Shown here: positions 47,074-59,892 of the stretch, in pieces
Numbering within the stretch: the stretch's first letter is position 1
Layout of the letters: each line of letters opens with the position of its first letter
From: Klebsormidium nitens
Lineage: Eukaryota > Plantae > Klebsormidiophyceae
Assembly: GCA_000708835.1 (NCBI GenBank)
Contig: DF237103.1
Location: 62,001 to 126,000, forward strand
Length of the DNA stretch: 64,000 nt
Reading direction: 5' to 3'
Notes under the pieces: generated by a model
Seen by the model: the letters and a program-made list of their open reading frames with translations, nothing else
What the model was told of the DNA's origin: nothing
Database searches by the model: none
Made by a program: the position numbers and the translations under genes

Positions 47074-50000
47074 TTACTCTATCCTCAACCCGGGGACCCC
47101 CTTGAGCCCCATCATCCCCACGGTCCTCCTCAAAAGGGCGGGCGGTTCCGACATGCCGAGGCACTCTGTCGCATAAAAGTTCGCTTGTTGCACGAGATCC
47201 GCCTTGGACCAACCCAGGTTCTTGCAGAAGGTATTGTAGAACCCGAGCCATGCCACGTACGCCTGCACCAGAGTCTTCTCCTCCAAGCGCGACATGCCGC
47301 GTTGCACCTGGACGGAGAAGGTGCGGGTCAGAGGAGCAAACAATGCCGGGAGAGTCCGCTCAAGATGACTGGTGAATGATTGGTTGCTGAATAACTGATT
47401 CTGAGCGGGAGAACGCAGTCTTTCGAAATCTGCACAGGCATCGTCACTACATAACGAGAGGTGCTGGTCATTGAAACAAGTTAGAAGCCGAGCAGACTTC
47501 CCGCTGCCCTCTTCTGTTGTTCTTGCTTCTTTGCTGCCCACTTTTGGGGAGGTCTGATCGGTTGGCAAGATCCAATTCTGGGTCGAAATTCGATGTGTAA
47601 GTTACTTGCGATGGTCGGCTGCGGTTCTCACCACATCAGCAGGGCCATTGAGAGGATTCAATATTGCCTAACAGAAGTGGGGTTTGGTAACCCTTAAAGC
47701 AGGTCGCAGGGCTGCCTCTCGAGCAGTACGGTCTTGAGTATGCCGAGATTGATAGTTACGAATCTCAGATTGGGGCAGAAAACTTGGGGATGATTTGGGA
47801 AAAGTGACCTAAATTCTTTCCATGGTCGGAGGTGGCACAAGAAGGTTTCTGGTAGTCACCATTCTAAAAACCCATCAAACCAAACGAAAAGCCAAAACTG
47901 GTGCTTCTGCTCACCTCTTGTCGGATGTCCGCCTCGATGGGCACCGGGCCGTATTGCTCCAGAGGCAGATCAGCGACTTGTTTGAGGAAGTACTTCTCGT
48001 AGGGCGCCAGCATGAGAATCCCCTCGCCCTCCTTCCCAGCACGGGCGGTTCGGCCTAGCCGATGGATATACTGGGCTTTGTCGGTTGGTAGGCCCACCTA
48101 GAGGAAACGAAGGAGCGGCTCAAAAAAGCTGCAAGAGCGTTAACGAGAAACACGTCGCACCGCGTTTCTATCTGAGCTGCCTGAGTCTAGGACACGGTGA
48201 GTTGCTGATCAATGGGGATCACAATCGCCTAAAATTTCCGCCTAGAGCGAACGAACGAGCGACTTAGCTGAGGTGAAAGGAACAACGAGGGTGACAGGAA
48301 GAGAATCACAACGTCTACCTACTTGGACTGCCTGATTCTGGGACTTAGTGAGTTTTTTTAGGATTCGAATTTGCTGCTTTTTCTCGGGACAAAAAGACAG
48401 ATGCGAAGAAAAGACGGAGCTTCAGATCTGGATCTTTGGGAAAAGGTTCAGAGAAGCTGACCGTCAAATACACAAGCTTCCCTGAGCACTCAGCTTGCAC
48501 AAGTCACCACAGAAGCGCAGGAGTCAAGCGCCCCCTCATAGGGCATTCCAAACTCCTATCAAACGGACTCCACTCCCTAAATCGCTACCTAAGGGTCAAC
48601 GGCTTCGAAGAAAGGCAATTGTTTTGGGCAACAGCAATCTTCACACGCCCTCCTTGGAGCACCGCAGAGCCGCCTACTGAAAGCCCTGTCTCTGTCCACT
48701 GATCAAAACACACAACCACCCGCACGTCAGTTCACCTGTAGCACCATGCTGACGTCAGGGTAGTCGACGCCGCGCGCCGACACGTCGGACGTGAAGAGTA
48801 CGACGCGCGAGCCCTTGCGGAACTCCTCGGAGGTGCGTGTGCGGGCGGCCTGGCTCTTGCGCGAGTGGATCTCGAGCGCGGGGAAGCCAATGCCCTGGAA
48901 CAGCTGCGCGTACAGCTGCGTGGCGCGGGCGGTCGTCAGGAAGACGAGGACCTGCGGGGGCGAGGTGACGTAAATGTCAGCAATAACGCCGCAGTGTCTG
49001 GAGGTGACGTCATGGTGGTTGAAACCAACAGGATACAGAAAGCAATCGTATGGTGCGCGTACAGCTGCATGGCGCGTGCGGTCGTCAGGAAGACGAGGAC
49101 CTGCGAAGTGACGTCAGTGTGTTGATAAGTGACGTCGATGGTTGTGCGCATTTGGGGCCATGATGAGAGAAGCTGCGCATACAGCTGCGTGGCACGGTCC
49201 GTCGTCAGGAAGACGAGGACCTGCGGGGTGACGTCACAGTGATAGAAAGTCACGTCCCCGTTCGAAAGTAATATCACAGTGGTTGTCAGGATGATTAGGG
49301 AGTGACGTGAGATCAACAAGAGAAAATGGAGGCGAAGGGGCCTGCCATCGGTACAAGGGAGCGCCAAACGTGTTCCCGTGCACTTTGAGAGGCCTGCGCG
49401 TGATCAACAACCGTCGAAGTGCTAGTCCCAGAACCAAGAGCGGTTATCTAGTCTGCACAATTGGGAGGCTTCGGGAAATTGGTTCTGTCAGAGAAAACAG
49501 AGCTGACAATTGGGAATTTGGAACGAGAAGAAAGAGGTCGAAGAGCTGAAAACTTCTCACCTTGAAGTTCCTCTCCTCCCGGATGTGTTGGCGCAGGATG
49601 TGGAAGGTGGCGCCGATTTGATCGGCCAGAGGAATGACAGCGTACGATTGCTTCACCTGCGGCAGAGCAGCGCACACAGTAGTTAGTGGATAACCCGATG
49701 GTAACCAGACACGGTTCGAGGAAGATTGGACGGGAAGGCAAGAAGTCGAACAGTTAACTCGTCGCCTGCACAGCTGTGAACAAGCCCGATGGCTGATGCC
49801 AAGGAGGTCGTGCGCATGGACGAGTCGAGTGCAATGCAAAATCGTCAACGGCCAACAAAGCGCGATATGGTGCCGGGCTCTCGGTATGCCCAACTGCTTA
49901 GTCAACGCTGTAAAATGTACGAGGCCCCTCCAAATACATCAAAGCACAACCGCAAAACCAAGGGCAGATTATTCGGCTGAAATAACTCTAACCAAGATTC

Positions 50001-53000
50001 CGGAAACGTTGCTTTCAACAGAGACCGGACTCGAACCAAAGAAGCCAGGACCTGACTTCTCTTCCTCCCGTATCCTCAACTCCAGCAGAACGAAGATCCG
50101 AGGCGACACATACAAGTCAAAGTCGACGCATTCACAAGAGATTCAAAAGCACAGAGAGACCGCGCAATTAAAAGGAGACGCATCGCTTACCTGAATGTTG
50201 GTCTGCTCCGTCTCCTCCCCAACAGTGTCAATGAACGCGTGGTTGGGCTTCAGCGCCAACTTTGACACCGTGTGAACTTGCGGGGGAATCGTGGCAGAGA
50301 ACAGGAGTGTCTGCCGCTGACCCGGCAGGTAGCGCAAGATCTTCTCGATGGCGGGGCGGAAACCCATGTTGAGCAGGTTATCGGCTTCATCCAGAATGAG
50401 CACTTTGAGGCCCTTGAGGCGCTGCGGGACGGACGGCGTGTTGTCCAGATGGTCTTGGAGGCGGCCCGGGGTGCAGATGAGGATCTGCGGAAAACAAGGT
50501 GGGGGTACACGAGTTAGAGAAAGACTGGGGGGGTCTCTAGCCGAATCCATAAGGATGTGAAAGAAGAACAAGTTGGAAGTGTTGATGGAGCTGCCTCGAA
50601 GGGGGCCTGCGTTGCAGGCGGTGACTTCCAAGAAGCGAGAGGAAGGCTCAAACAGAACAATCTAAAGACTGAGGTTCATCATTTCAACCCCTCCAAAGTA
50701 AAAAAAGAAGCAATGAACAATTCGAATGCCCCGACGAGCAAACGCATTGCGAAGTCTGTTCATGCTGCTCCATAGCTGGCTGCTTTTGCGATTCAGAGAC
50801 AATAGCATGTCAGCATAATGAGGTTTCGCAGTTCAAGCTTCACGACGTGGACTTTTTACCCCTTCCATGAAGACCGAATGGAAACCGCAAGAGCGTAGGT
50901 CGTGATCGCCTTCAAAATTCGTTCCATGTTTCCCCATGAAAAAAAAATCGGTTGAAGATAGAGCAGAACATTTCCAAATTGACGTCATCAGGGTAATCCG
51001 TTAGAGTGGCCGTAGGATGTGCACGTTCTCATTGGGTGTCACGATGTCGCAAGGCCCCTCCACAAGGCTCCTCCGGATGGCATACTGTAAGTTGCTAAGC
51101 GAGTGTGACGTCCACCAAATGCCGACGCTTACTTTAGAAGGGTGACCGGACAGACCAGCAGAATGGTTGAGAAGGCTCACTTCTGCCGGCTGACTCTCCA
51201 GCCTGCGCCGGTCGCTGTTGATGTTGGAGCCTCCAAAGATGATCTCGGACCGCAGCGGGTGATACTTGAGCAGCGCCTTTGCCTCCGCCTCGATCTGCTG
51301 CGCCAACTCGCGTGTCGGCGAGATGACCAGCACCTCGATATCTGGGTTGGAGCTGCGCCGGCCCCCGCGAGCGAGGATCCTCTCGATGGCAGGTATCTGC
51401 CGGGAAAGAAGGGGGGTGAGTCGAGTCATCGCTGAATTCAGGTGGAGTGTCATTCAGAAACCTGGTTGGAGCCTACTTGAGCTGCTTGTCCGCATCAGAG
51501 GAACATAGCATTTTGTGTGAACTACTGACGAGGTTGTCGAGGCGGACTTAGACACTCACAAGGGAAGGCAGTGATAAGCATTTGACATTCAAATGCAGTC
51601 CACCCCAACGTGCGACTTTGACAGGCTGACAGCTCTTTAAACTTTTGCTGGGACCCAGGTCTCAAAACACACCCCCTGCACAGCCCTATAGACCAGGTGA
51701 ACAGAATCCGCCCAAGCCAAGTGAAGAAGACTTCCGCCTATGCCAATTGAAGGAGACTTCCCGATCTCCAATAAATTTGGGCCATCACCTTCCAACTGAA
51801 CGACCTCAGCTTTGTACGGGCTTGACGGGGCGCATAGGCAGGTTGCAATGATGTCTTCGGAGACATCTTTTGCCAGATCTCAAAATCGGCAGCAAAAACC
51901 TTCATTCTGTGTGTTGATAAATCAGCTGAAGGAGCTCCAAAATAGAAAGTAATGGAAGCCCCAGCTTCATCACGGTTCTAGCAAACCTTTTAATCACCAC
52001 CTTGACAAGGGCAAGCTGGCAGGGAACAATCTTGGGGCCTAAGCATGAGCTGTCCGCTCAACCACGTAAGAAGGTTTCAGGAATTGACTTGAGCTGATCT
52101 CGCACTCACCAAGAAACCAAGCGTCTTTCCAGTCCCGGTTTTGGCTTTGGCCAGCACGTCCTTCCCATCCAAGCACGCTGGGAGAGTCGCCTCCTGAACT
52201 ACCGTCATCTTCTCGTATCCAAGGTCCTCGTGCAAAGCCTTGATTGTGGGGGGTGAGAGGTTGAAGGAATCAAACCTGCACACACACATGCCCACAATTT
52301 GAGTATGTCAGTACAGGCCCCCAAGCTGCTAACACACCCTTTCTTCGCCTACAAGATCTCCTGGCGGTTGATAAGCCATAGTTTTCATATCTGCAATGAT
52401 GCCATTTTGGTGAGATCTGCTGATGACGCTGAAGTTGACCAACCGTGCGAAGGAGTCTGGTAATGGTAAAACCCTAACCCTAATTTGGCACTAACATGCA
52501 TTCCTGCACCACACCACCCTGCCATCGCAGCTGAAATCACATACTGACCAGCTTTAGACCCAATTCCTACACAGCGTAACCAACTCCTATTGTCTCTGAT
52601 TCATAAGATATTGTCCCTCACCTTGTCTCTGTTATGAAAGCTGGGTTGCCCCCGCTCCCCCCTGTGGTAGATCTCTCTGCATCAACTGCAGGGCGGTCTT
52701 CCTCCCCCTCTGACTCTGACAGTGTCTCGTCAATCAGCTGGCTTTGCGCTGGAGGCCGCCTCGAGACTGGCGGAGCTCTTCTTTGGTGCTGCTGAACAGC
52801 TGCAGCTGACATCGAACCACCTGGCGGCCCTCGTTTCCTCTCCCCAGACCCCCCCCCAACAGCACGTCCATTCCCCCTTTCTTCAACCATCCCCGAGCCT
52901 CGCCCGTTTCTTCCCCCGCCCCGACCGCCACGCCCAAAACCATTGCCCCCTCTCTCTACTCCAGCCCCATTCCTTCCATACCCGTTGCCTTCCTGCTCAA

Positions 53001-53439
53001 AATTCTCCTGGTAACCTCTCCCTGGGTTCTGCATTTGAGGACGGCCCCCATGGTAGCTCCTCTCCTGCTCAATTGTACGGGTGCCGCCCCCTCTCCGTCC
53101 CCGACCACCACCCCTCCCCCCTCGGGAAGAGCCAGAGTCACCCCCATATCTGGCCTGGGTATTCCGCCCATCTTGGCTCGTTCCTGCCCCTGGCCAAGGA
53201 GCCGACATAGTACTCGGCTGATCTGACGAACTGGTATATGCTGCGGAAGAGGAGAGTCGTTCTGCAGCAGCTACTGGGTCTACCAAGCTGTTGGACAGCG
53301 ACCAGAGGGAGCGCAGCGGCCCGAGCACCCGAAGTCTGGCAACCAACATGGGGCTGGAGAAGGAGGCTGTTCTCGACAGGGAGGCGCAGCTCGCGAGGGC
53401 GGCGTTAGCGAATTGGAGCTGCGAAGTGCAGAGAGCCAT
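47074..53439 (-). CDS. Organelle-targeted DEAD-box RNA helicase, Mss116 / plant RH25-26-31-like, ~740 aa
   Basis: Exons 53439-52622, 52275-52110, 51396-51181, 50484-50191, 49656-49561, 48951-48736, 48097-47915, 47307-47074, in phase. Motifs AKTGTGKT, PTRELA, TPGRL, DEAD, SAT, ARGVD, YIHRLGRTARAG and C-terminal QAYVAWLGFY. Ser/Arg/Ala-rich transit peptide followed by an RGG-rich region. Confidence 0.95.
48951..49240 (-). repeat. Tandem triplication of the 3' splice site plus the first ~48 nt of helicase exon 6
   Basis: CAG|GTCCTCGTCTTCCTGACGAC occurs with exon-side starts at 49220, 49100 and 48951 (true exon), each preceded by ACGTCAC. Confidence 0.92.
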
Positions 53440-53559
53440 ACTGAAAAAGAGAGTTCAGAGATGGCTGCTTGTGGAGCTTGACATTGTTGAGCAGTGGTTG
53501 AGAGAACTTAAGCGGATTACGCGGAAGATCAGATTCATACTTCAGCCCTAAGAAGATTT

Positions 53560-53580
53560 AGAAAGTAGAAAGTAGAAAGT
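53560..53580. repeat. (AGAAAGT)x3 in the 384-bp divergent promoter between the helicase and MAM33 genes
   Basis: Three exact heptamer copies, running into GAAagTTC. Confidence 0.85.
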
Positions 53581-53823
53581 TCTAATTTCTGAAGGTTCCG
53601 TTTCCAGTGGGCGTGGCCTAGTGCCAGCTGCCCAGCTGCCTGATGGGAAGTGGTGCAGTGCTGTGCAAGTGTTGGTGGCATTGCATTTGTGAAACGAGAC
53701 ATTGTCTTCTGAATCTTTGAAGATTGAAATTGACTTCAGCCCCAGCTTTGTTTTGACTTCGTGAACGCGCCCATTGCATTCGGCACTCCCAGCAATTGCA
53801 CCAACTTCGTTCTACCAGGCAAG

Positions 53824-55854
53824 ATGTTGAGGCGCACAGGGCTTCAGGCGCTTCGCAATGCTCTGAAGGCGGCTAGAGCGAGTGCCACCATTACCAGCCC
53901 GAGTGTCAGCGGCCGCTACGCCGCAGATCTGCCAAAGGGTTTCGCAAGCATTGCAAAGAGGTCAATTTCGGGAGCAGATGTGAATGTGAACCCAGGCTTT
54001 GCAGTGGGGGCAGTTCGTTACTTCGCAAAGGGCGCAAAGTCAGACGGTTTGGCGCGGGCACTGGATCTCGAGATACAAGACCAAGAAAAGCAGTATGTGT
54101 CACCTAATGTGAGCAGAAGTCTGTCCATTATTGTTGTCTGTGGGCTCGCAAAAAGTTCAAATCACTTTAGCAATACAATTCTGCTGCCTTTTGGCGACTA
54201 TCAGGAGAAACAGAGAACCTTGTGAATCTCAGAAGTTGTTTGTGCTTGGTCAAACTTCGTCCACTTTATTTTTCGCTTCTGAAGGCACAGCGTACGGTGA
54301 AAAGTCCGTTGCGTTGTTAGTTGTAGAAAAGGTGGTGCAGCAGGTGCAAAATCAGATTTTGCGGGAACCCTTATGCAATCACGGCTTCCCCAATCTGGAA
54401 GTTAAGACTTCCGCTCCACACTTGCAGACCAACTTTGTTTTGCGGTTCAAAATTCAGCAGCTTCCACTCTGAAACCACACTGTCATGGTCCTGCTTTGCA
54501 ATCTTACAAGTATGAGGCCTGTACTTTCGTGTTCATGAGCTTGTTATAAGTTACAACGCGAAGCCTTCAATTTCCTGGTCATGAGGAGTTGCAAAGAACC
54601 TGCTCTGTGGCACAACTTTTCCCCTGACTGCATGCTGACTTGCCTGCTTTTCACTCCAGTTTCATGTCCCACAAGAAACCAAAGCAGTTCTGTGAGGCTC
54701 GCAGGTGGAGCTCCCCCATGGCTACAAGGTCGTCGAGAGCCCTGGTAGCAGGAAGCTGACAGTGCGCAAAATGCATGGGAACGAAGAAATCGAGCTCATG
54801 ACATACGTCGATCCTGAGATGGATGCTGCATACGCGGAGAGCGCTTACAATGATCCTGATGAAGAGGGAGATGGTGAAGAGAATGCTGGGACTCCCCTGC
54901 ACTTCATGGTCAAGGTTACAAAGGTACGCACCTGAGTTGCACTTTCTGTTTCTGATTGAGGGACTTCAATCCAAAACGCCGTTGCATTCTCCACTCTGAT
55001 TGTCTGTCTGTCCAGTCAAAAGTGCAGATCTTATCTGTCATACCAGGCGAGAAACAGGGTGGGCGCCTCTGACAGTAGAATGTCTTGCTGAGCCTTGTTC
55101 TGCCGGGAATGTGAGCATTCAGCGATGGGAACTCCTGAGGTGGCTGGACTCTGAAAGCTCCTGCGTTGCTCATTCACAGACCTCCCGGCCTCTTCATTCG
55201 ACAGTGATCTGTGTGACGAGTTGCGTCGGGTGTATCAATGGCTCTGCCGGAAAGTTGACTTTGTGAGGAGGCAGGTGCCTGACAGAAGACGCTCTTACAC
55301 AGGGTGGCGAAGATCGTACCCTGGTCTTCGATTGTTCCTTCGAAGGAGGAGAGATCAGCATCGACGCAGTGCATGTTGAGGACCCCAGCATAAACGAGAG
55401 CGATGCCTATCCGGGACCGGAGTACAGGTAAGAACGTATCTTGATTGCTTGGGTGATGCGTCAGCTTGATTTCCAGGCGGTTGGTGCATACAACTGCACA
55501 GCTCTGAGCGGTCTGTACTCTGCTTCAAATGACTCCCGAACAACCATGCCCTACAGTTCCTTCACGGCAGAAGCAACTCGAGCACCTTGCAAGCCCCTGT
55601 TTCTGCGCTGCTCTGCCCGCCTATCCTCTTCATTTGTTGCTTGCAACTGCGCTGCCGTCATGTGCTGACGTTTCAATGTTCAATCGTTCAACAGCGAGCT
55701 GGACGAGCGACTGACACAGAACCTCAAGAAGTATCTGGTAGATCGTGGTGTGGACAACGACACTATGGAAGCCTTTGCCGACCTTAAAAACGACAAGGAA
55801 GAGAGAGAATATGGCAGATGGCTGAAGGAGGTGAAGAGCTTCGTCTCAAAGTGA
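53824..55854 (+). CDS. Mitochondrial glycoprotein family protein (MAM33/C1QBP-like), ~262 aa
   Basis: Exons 53824-54108, 54705-54923, 55303-55427, 55695-55854, in phase. Arg/Ala/Ser-rich presequence, acidic core, LHFMVKVTK...LVFDC, AYPGPEYSELDERL...YLVDRGV...KEEREYGRWL. Confidence 0.92.
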
Positions 55855-56828
55855 TCGCTGTCGAGCAAGAGATAAGCGTTTGCAAACAAAAACAGTCAAA
55901 CTTAAAAGGCAGAAAAGGAAGGTATGTCGTGGTGAGGGAGGAAGTGGGCAACTTCAGTAAGGGGTTACTTTGCGAGAATCTGTCTTAAGTCACTCGCTGT
56001 GTGAGATTGGCACCTTTGACGGTAGCTTCCAACCGGATTGGCTGCAAGATATGATGGACAAACATCGAGATTTGGGAACGTTACTGCAAGCTACCGTCGA
56101 GCAGATTATATGCAATCTATAGACAACACTATCATATCAGTGTCTACTGATCTGTTAATCTGGTCAGCCCTGACCGTCGCTTCCGGGACAACTCAAAATG
56201 CGTATCTGATATCTCATGGACGGTCGAGACACAATGTTTTATAATTCTCAGCGTGGATCCAGAACTTTGCAGACACGGCCGAGGCTCCTTCCGAAAATCT
56301 AGCTCATTCTTATTCTTGCCGCTTGCGATGTAAAGCTTCAAATCATGTGTCTGACATGACCCTTTCAAGATGCCTCTGCCGCTTTCTAACAAATGGCAAT
56401 GAAATGCAACCTCGCGCGACAGCTTTCCATTTGCGCGCGTGCTCAAGAATCGCGTATATGTCGGGTTGCCTGCACATCGTGTGCACTTTTACACTTTGCG
56501 GGTTGTAGTCATAATAGACCCCCAAGCTCATAATTGAAGGCCACACGGCCTGGTTCATGCACCTTGATGTAATTGGACCGTGGCGCGGTACTGCGTCGGA
56601 GTAGGCTAATCAAAATGCACAAAAAGATTGAAATGCATTCGGAAAAGGCCTCAGGATACTGAGATGCATCAGCATGCTCATTACACTGAGAAGGTCACGT
56701 GAAGCTCCGGGCGTGACTCACAGGTCAAAGTTCTCAGATTTGGTCGATGCTCAGTGATTGATGCGCAACATCAGATCCGATGCACCTTGAAGGATCAACA
56801 AGTAGACTCTTGTTCACGGCTATGAATT

Positions 56829-59616
56829 CTAATCTTCCATCGGAGTCACAAGTTGCTCGTCGTTCGCCTCTGCCGCAGTGCAAAGCGGTCTTGCGGCAGC
56901 TTTGAGCTCGTATTGGTGCCCGCAGGAGGGGCAATCCAGCACCTGGTCAGCCTGTATAGGCACCAATAATAGAGGGTGCTCAGCAGAGACCATATCTTGG
57001 AGGAATCTCGAAGACAACCCACCATCGGCAGCTCCTGAAGACGGACTGATTGAACTTTCAGAGCTTCCAACTAAGCCTTCTCGCATGTCCCTTGTCAATG
57101 ATTGTCTTATCTTATCATCAGCGGGGGCCGTAACGCTGCGAGCCTGAGCGCTTTGTGACACTTACCTGCAGCACTTCGAGGCGTTGGCGGCAGTCTGCAG
57201 CGTACTGCTTCTCCTGGCCTTTGTCCTCCGCCACCCCCTCCATCTCTTCTAGCAAGGCCGCCGTTTGATCATCGCTGGCAAACATCCTGACGTGGTCCTG
57301 CCCAAATAGGATCAGCCGTTGTGAATCTAATAAGCGCTGGCGTCTGCGTAAGTGCTGACTACTATAAGGCTTCGATACGGTGCCTTTTTATGCCTTCTAC
57401 AGTCTCTCTCGGAGAATAAAAAGAGGAGAATTTTTTTAAGAAGTGCTTCCTACGAATCGCATCCAATAAGCAAAGAAGCTACGCTGGAACGAAGGTGCCT
57501 TACCGGTAGACCATCAATCTGCCTGATGACTTCGATGACATCCACGTTCACCTGCGCATAGGAAAAATATGGATGATAACCAGACTTTCAGCACAGCCTC
57601 ATAACAGAAGACGTGTTCCTCATTTGATTTCCAACCCGAAGCGAAGGCTTTCTTAGTTTCAATGCGTCACAGAAGAGTATGACTGCGGATTCAGGTGGAG
57701 GCATTCTTGACATTCGTCCTCACCTCCTTCATCTGCTCCTCAAGAGTTCGTGCGTCCTCCTCCAAATCCTGCAACTGTTTTTCAACCGAAGCCTTCTCGC
57801 CGGTCGCTCGAGCTTGTTCGCTTCGCGCTCTCCTTAGCTGCAAAGAACCACTTTTTGTATCTGGGTCTGCTTAACAATAAGATTTGTTACCTCGCAAAAT
57901 GATTATGATGCAGCTGTGTCTCGTCATGATTTGCAGTTGGTTGAATTCCCTTCAATACACCATTAAGATTTGACTCCTGATCGCATGATACCCCGCGGAA
58001 TACATTACCTGATCTTGGAGTTCCTTGGACGAGTCAGCCAAAGCTGTGTTCCCGCCATCGCTTTCTGCATAGGCGGAACACGACACGTCTTATATAACCT
58101 GTTACTCAAGCGACTTCTCGCTTCCCTGGAACCATTACAGCCGAAGCAGAATTACACAGGTTTTGTAAGGAGAATACACATGACTCACCAGAGACATTGC
58201 TCGTCAGGTTCTCAATCACTTCATCAATCTGCGGACATCAAAAGTAGATTCTGAGCAAATGATACAGTTGTGTCAAAGTGGAAAATTATACTCGCACAGT
58301 GTTATGGACTAGAACACCAAGTGATCGTACTATTTCAGCACAATCACTTACAGAGTTCCAACTGCAGACCCTCACGTGCAGCTAGGTTTGATTGTGAACA
58401 TTGCTGTGACTCCCCGAAAACGATACTCTCGCGCCATGCGAAAGTCCAAATCGTTCATAGTTTTACCTTGCGGACTGACAGTGCCAGTTCTCGTGACATG
58501 TAGTATCTCTGCAATTGAAACAACAAGAAGCTTCAGTACGGCAATGAAGAGCATGCAAAAGAAGTCAAGAAATCAGTCCGCAATGCTGGAATACGGTATG
58601 CCAAGGAATGGTGATGAAGCATTGGACAGAGGGTAGGTCGTCAAATTCCATTCCGTTTCTTTCGACAAGCATTATATTCTGGTCTGACCTTGTAATCCTC
58701 CAGCTGGGACAACATGCCATCGTAGGCCGTATCCAACTCTTGTTCCTTCGAGCGTTGCTTGATCGCATCAGCTTCAAGACCCGTCTTCATCAACTCTATT
58801 GCCTGCGTGTTGAAAGAGGGGGAGGATAGCTCATTCACGAATTGCCGTTGAAACATAGCTAGACGCGTATGCTATAGACATGGTCAAACTGGTACAAGTC
58901 GAGGTCTTTGCAGAGCTTTCCTACCTGGTCCAAAGATGCGACATCCAGATCCGCCTGCAGCTGCTCCTGCTGTGCCGCCAGGATCGTGCGGCCGATGGTC
59001 CCAGAATCGTTCAACAACTTCTCCGTTGTTTGTGAACACTCCTTGATCTCCCATGAGACTGCACTTTGAAGCGATTCAAAGCAAGCACTTCTGGAGAGAA
59101 ATATTGTAGCTTTTGAATGAGCTGGTTGATACTTTCTATTCAATCCACTCCGTATTGGACACTCGACAAGCTTCCTTCCTTTGAATAGAGAGATACTGAC
59201 AATGTCAAATCGCAGCAGATTCAAATCACGATTCGATGATTCGCTGTCCCTCACAACTATCATGTACCGTGCCCAGACAATGAGAAACTACGAAGTTAGA
59301 AAAATATTGGCTTTGATTCTCTCTTTCAGGGCGTCGGAACACACGTGTCTGGATGTATGCATGTGATTGAGGAAAAGGAGATGGTCTGCTCAAAGGATGG
59401 TTTTTGCTACGTGGTCTTAAAGTTTTGGCCGCTCACTTCGATCCAAGTCCCGTTGGATTGAAGTTATTTCGGTCTGCTCCTGCTGCTTTCTGGCGCTGAT
59501 TTCTGCCGCCTTGTCCTCATACTCTGCAACAAAAAGAGAAGGCAGAAACCGAGAAGGCTTCGCATCTGGCACCTTGGTTGTATCTTTGACATTTCTTGGG
59601 AATCAAAAATCCAACG

Positions 59617-59665
<49 letters not shown>

Positions 59666-59892
59666 TTGGTCAATTCGTAGTAATCTGCTTCAATTCGAGG
59701 ACCTCAGAGTCGCGTTCTAAAACGTACATGCATTCAGTCAACTTTCTTGAATGTGATTCTACTTAATTATGCCGGTCCTTTATCATGGAGATGTTGATAT
59801 GTCTTGCTCGGCAGCCACCGTCGGTGGCACCGAGTACCCTTACCTGAGATCTGCATCCGAAGAGACCTGACATGCTGGAGAAAACCTTCCAT
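56829..59892 (-). CDS. SCEP1: SCEP1-like coiled-coil protein with C-terminal Cys motif (candidate synaptonemal complex central element protein), 247 aa
   Basis: Exons 59892-59844, 59523-59437, 59058-58925, 58802-58689, 57837-57724, 57297-57166, 56942-56829; total 744 nt, all phases consistent. N-terminus MEGFLQHVRSLRMQISEYEDKAAEISARKQQEQTEITSIQRDLDR and C-terminus EDKGQEKQY...LQVLDCPSCGHQY resemble Arabidopsis At1g33500 (SCEP1) as recalled. Not database-verified. Confidence 0.75.
59622..59663. repeat. (CT)21 microsatellite in intron 1 of the SCEP1-like gene
   Basis: 42 nt of uninterrupted CT dinucleotide. Confidence 0.95.

Noticed and set aside
48936-49367. 143-aa ORF with repeated VLVFLTT
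   Set aside because: It is read-through of the duplicated acceptor copies inside a helicase intron, not a separate gene or a CRISPR-like array; the intervening sequences are related intron sequence rather than unique spacers.
52470-52485. CCCTAACCCTAA telomere-like hexamers
   Set aside because: Only two copies within an intron; expected by chance.
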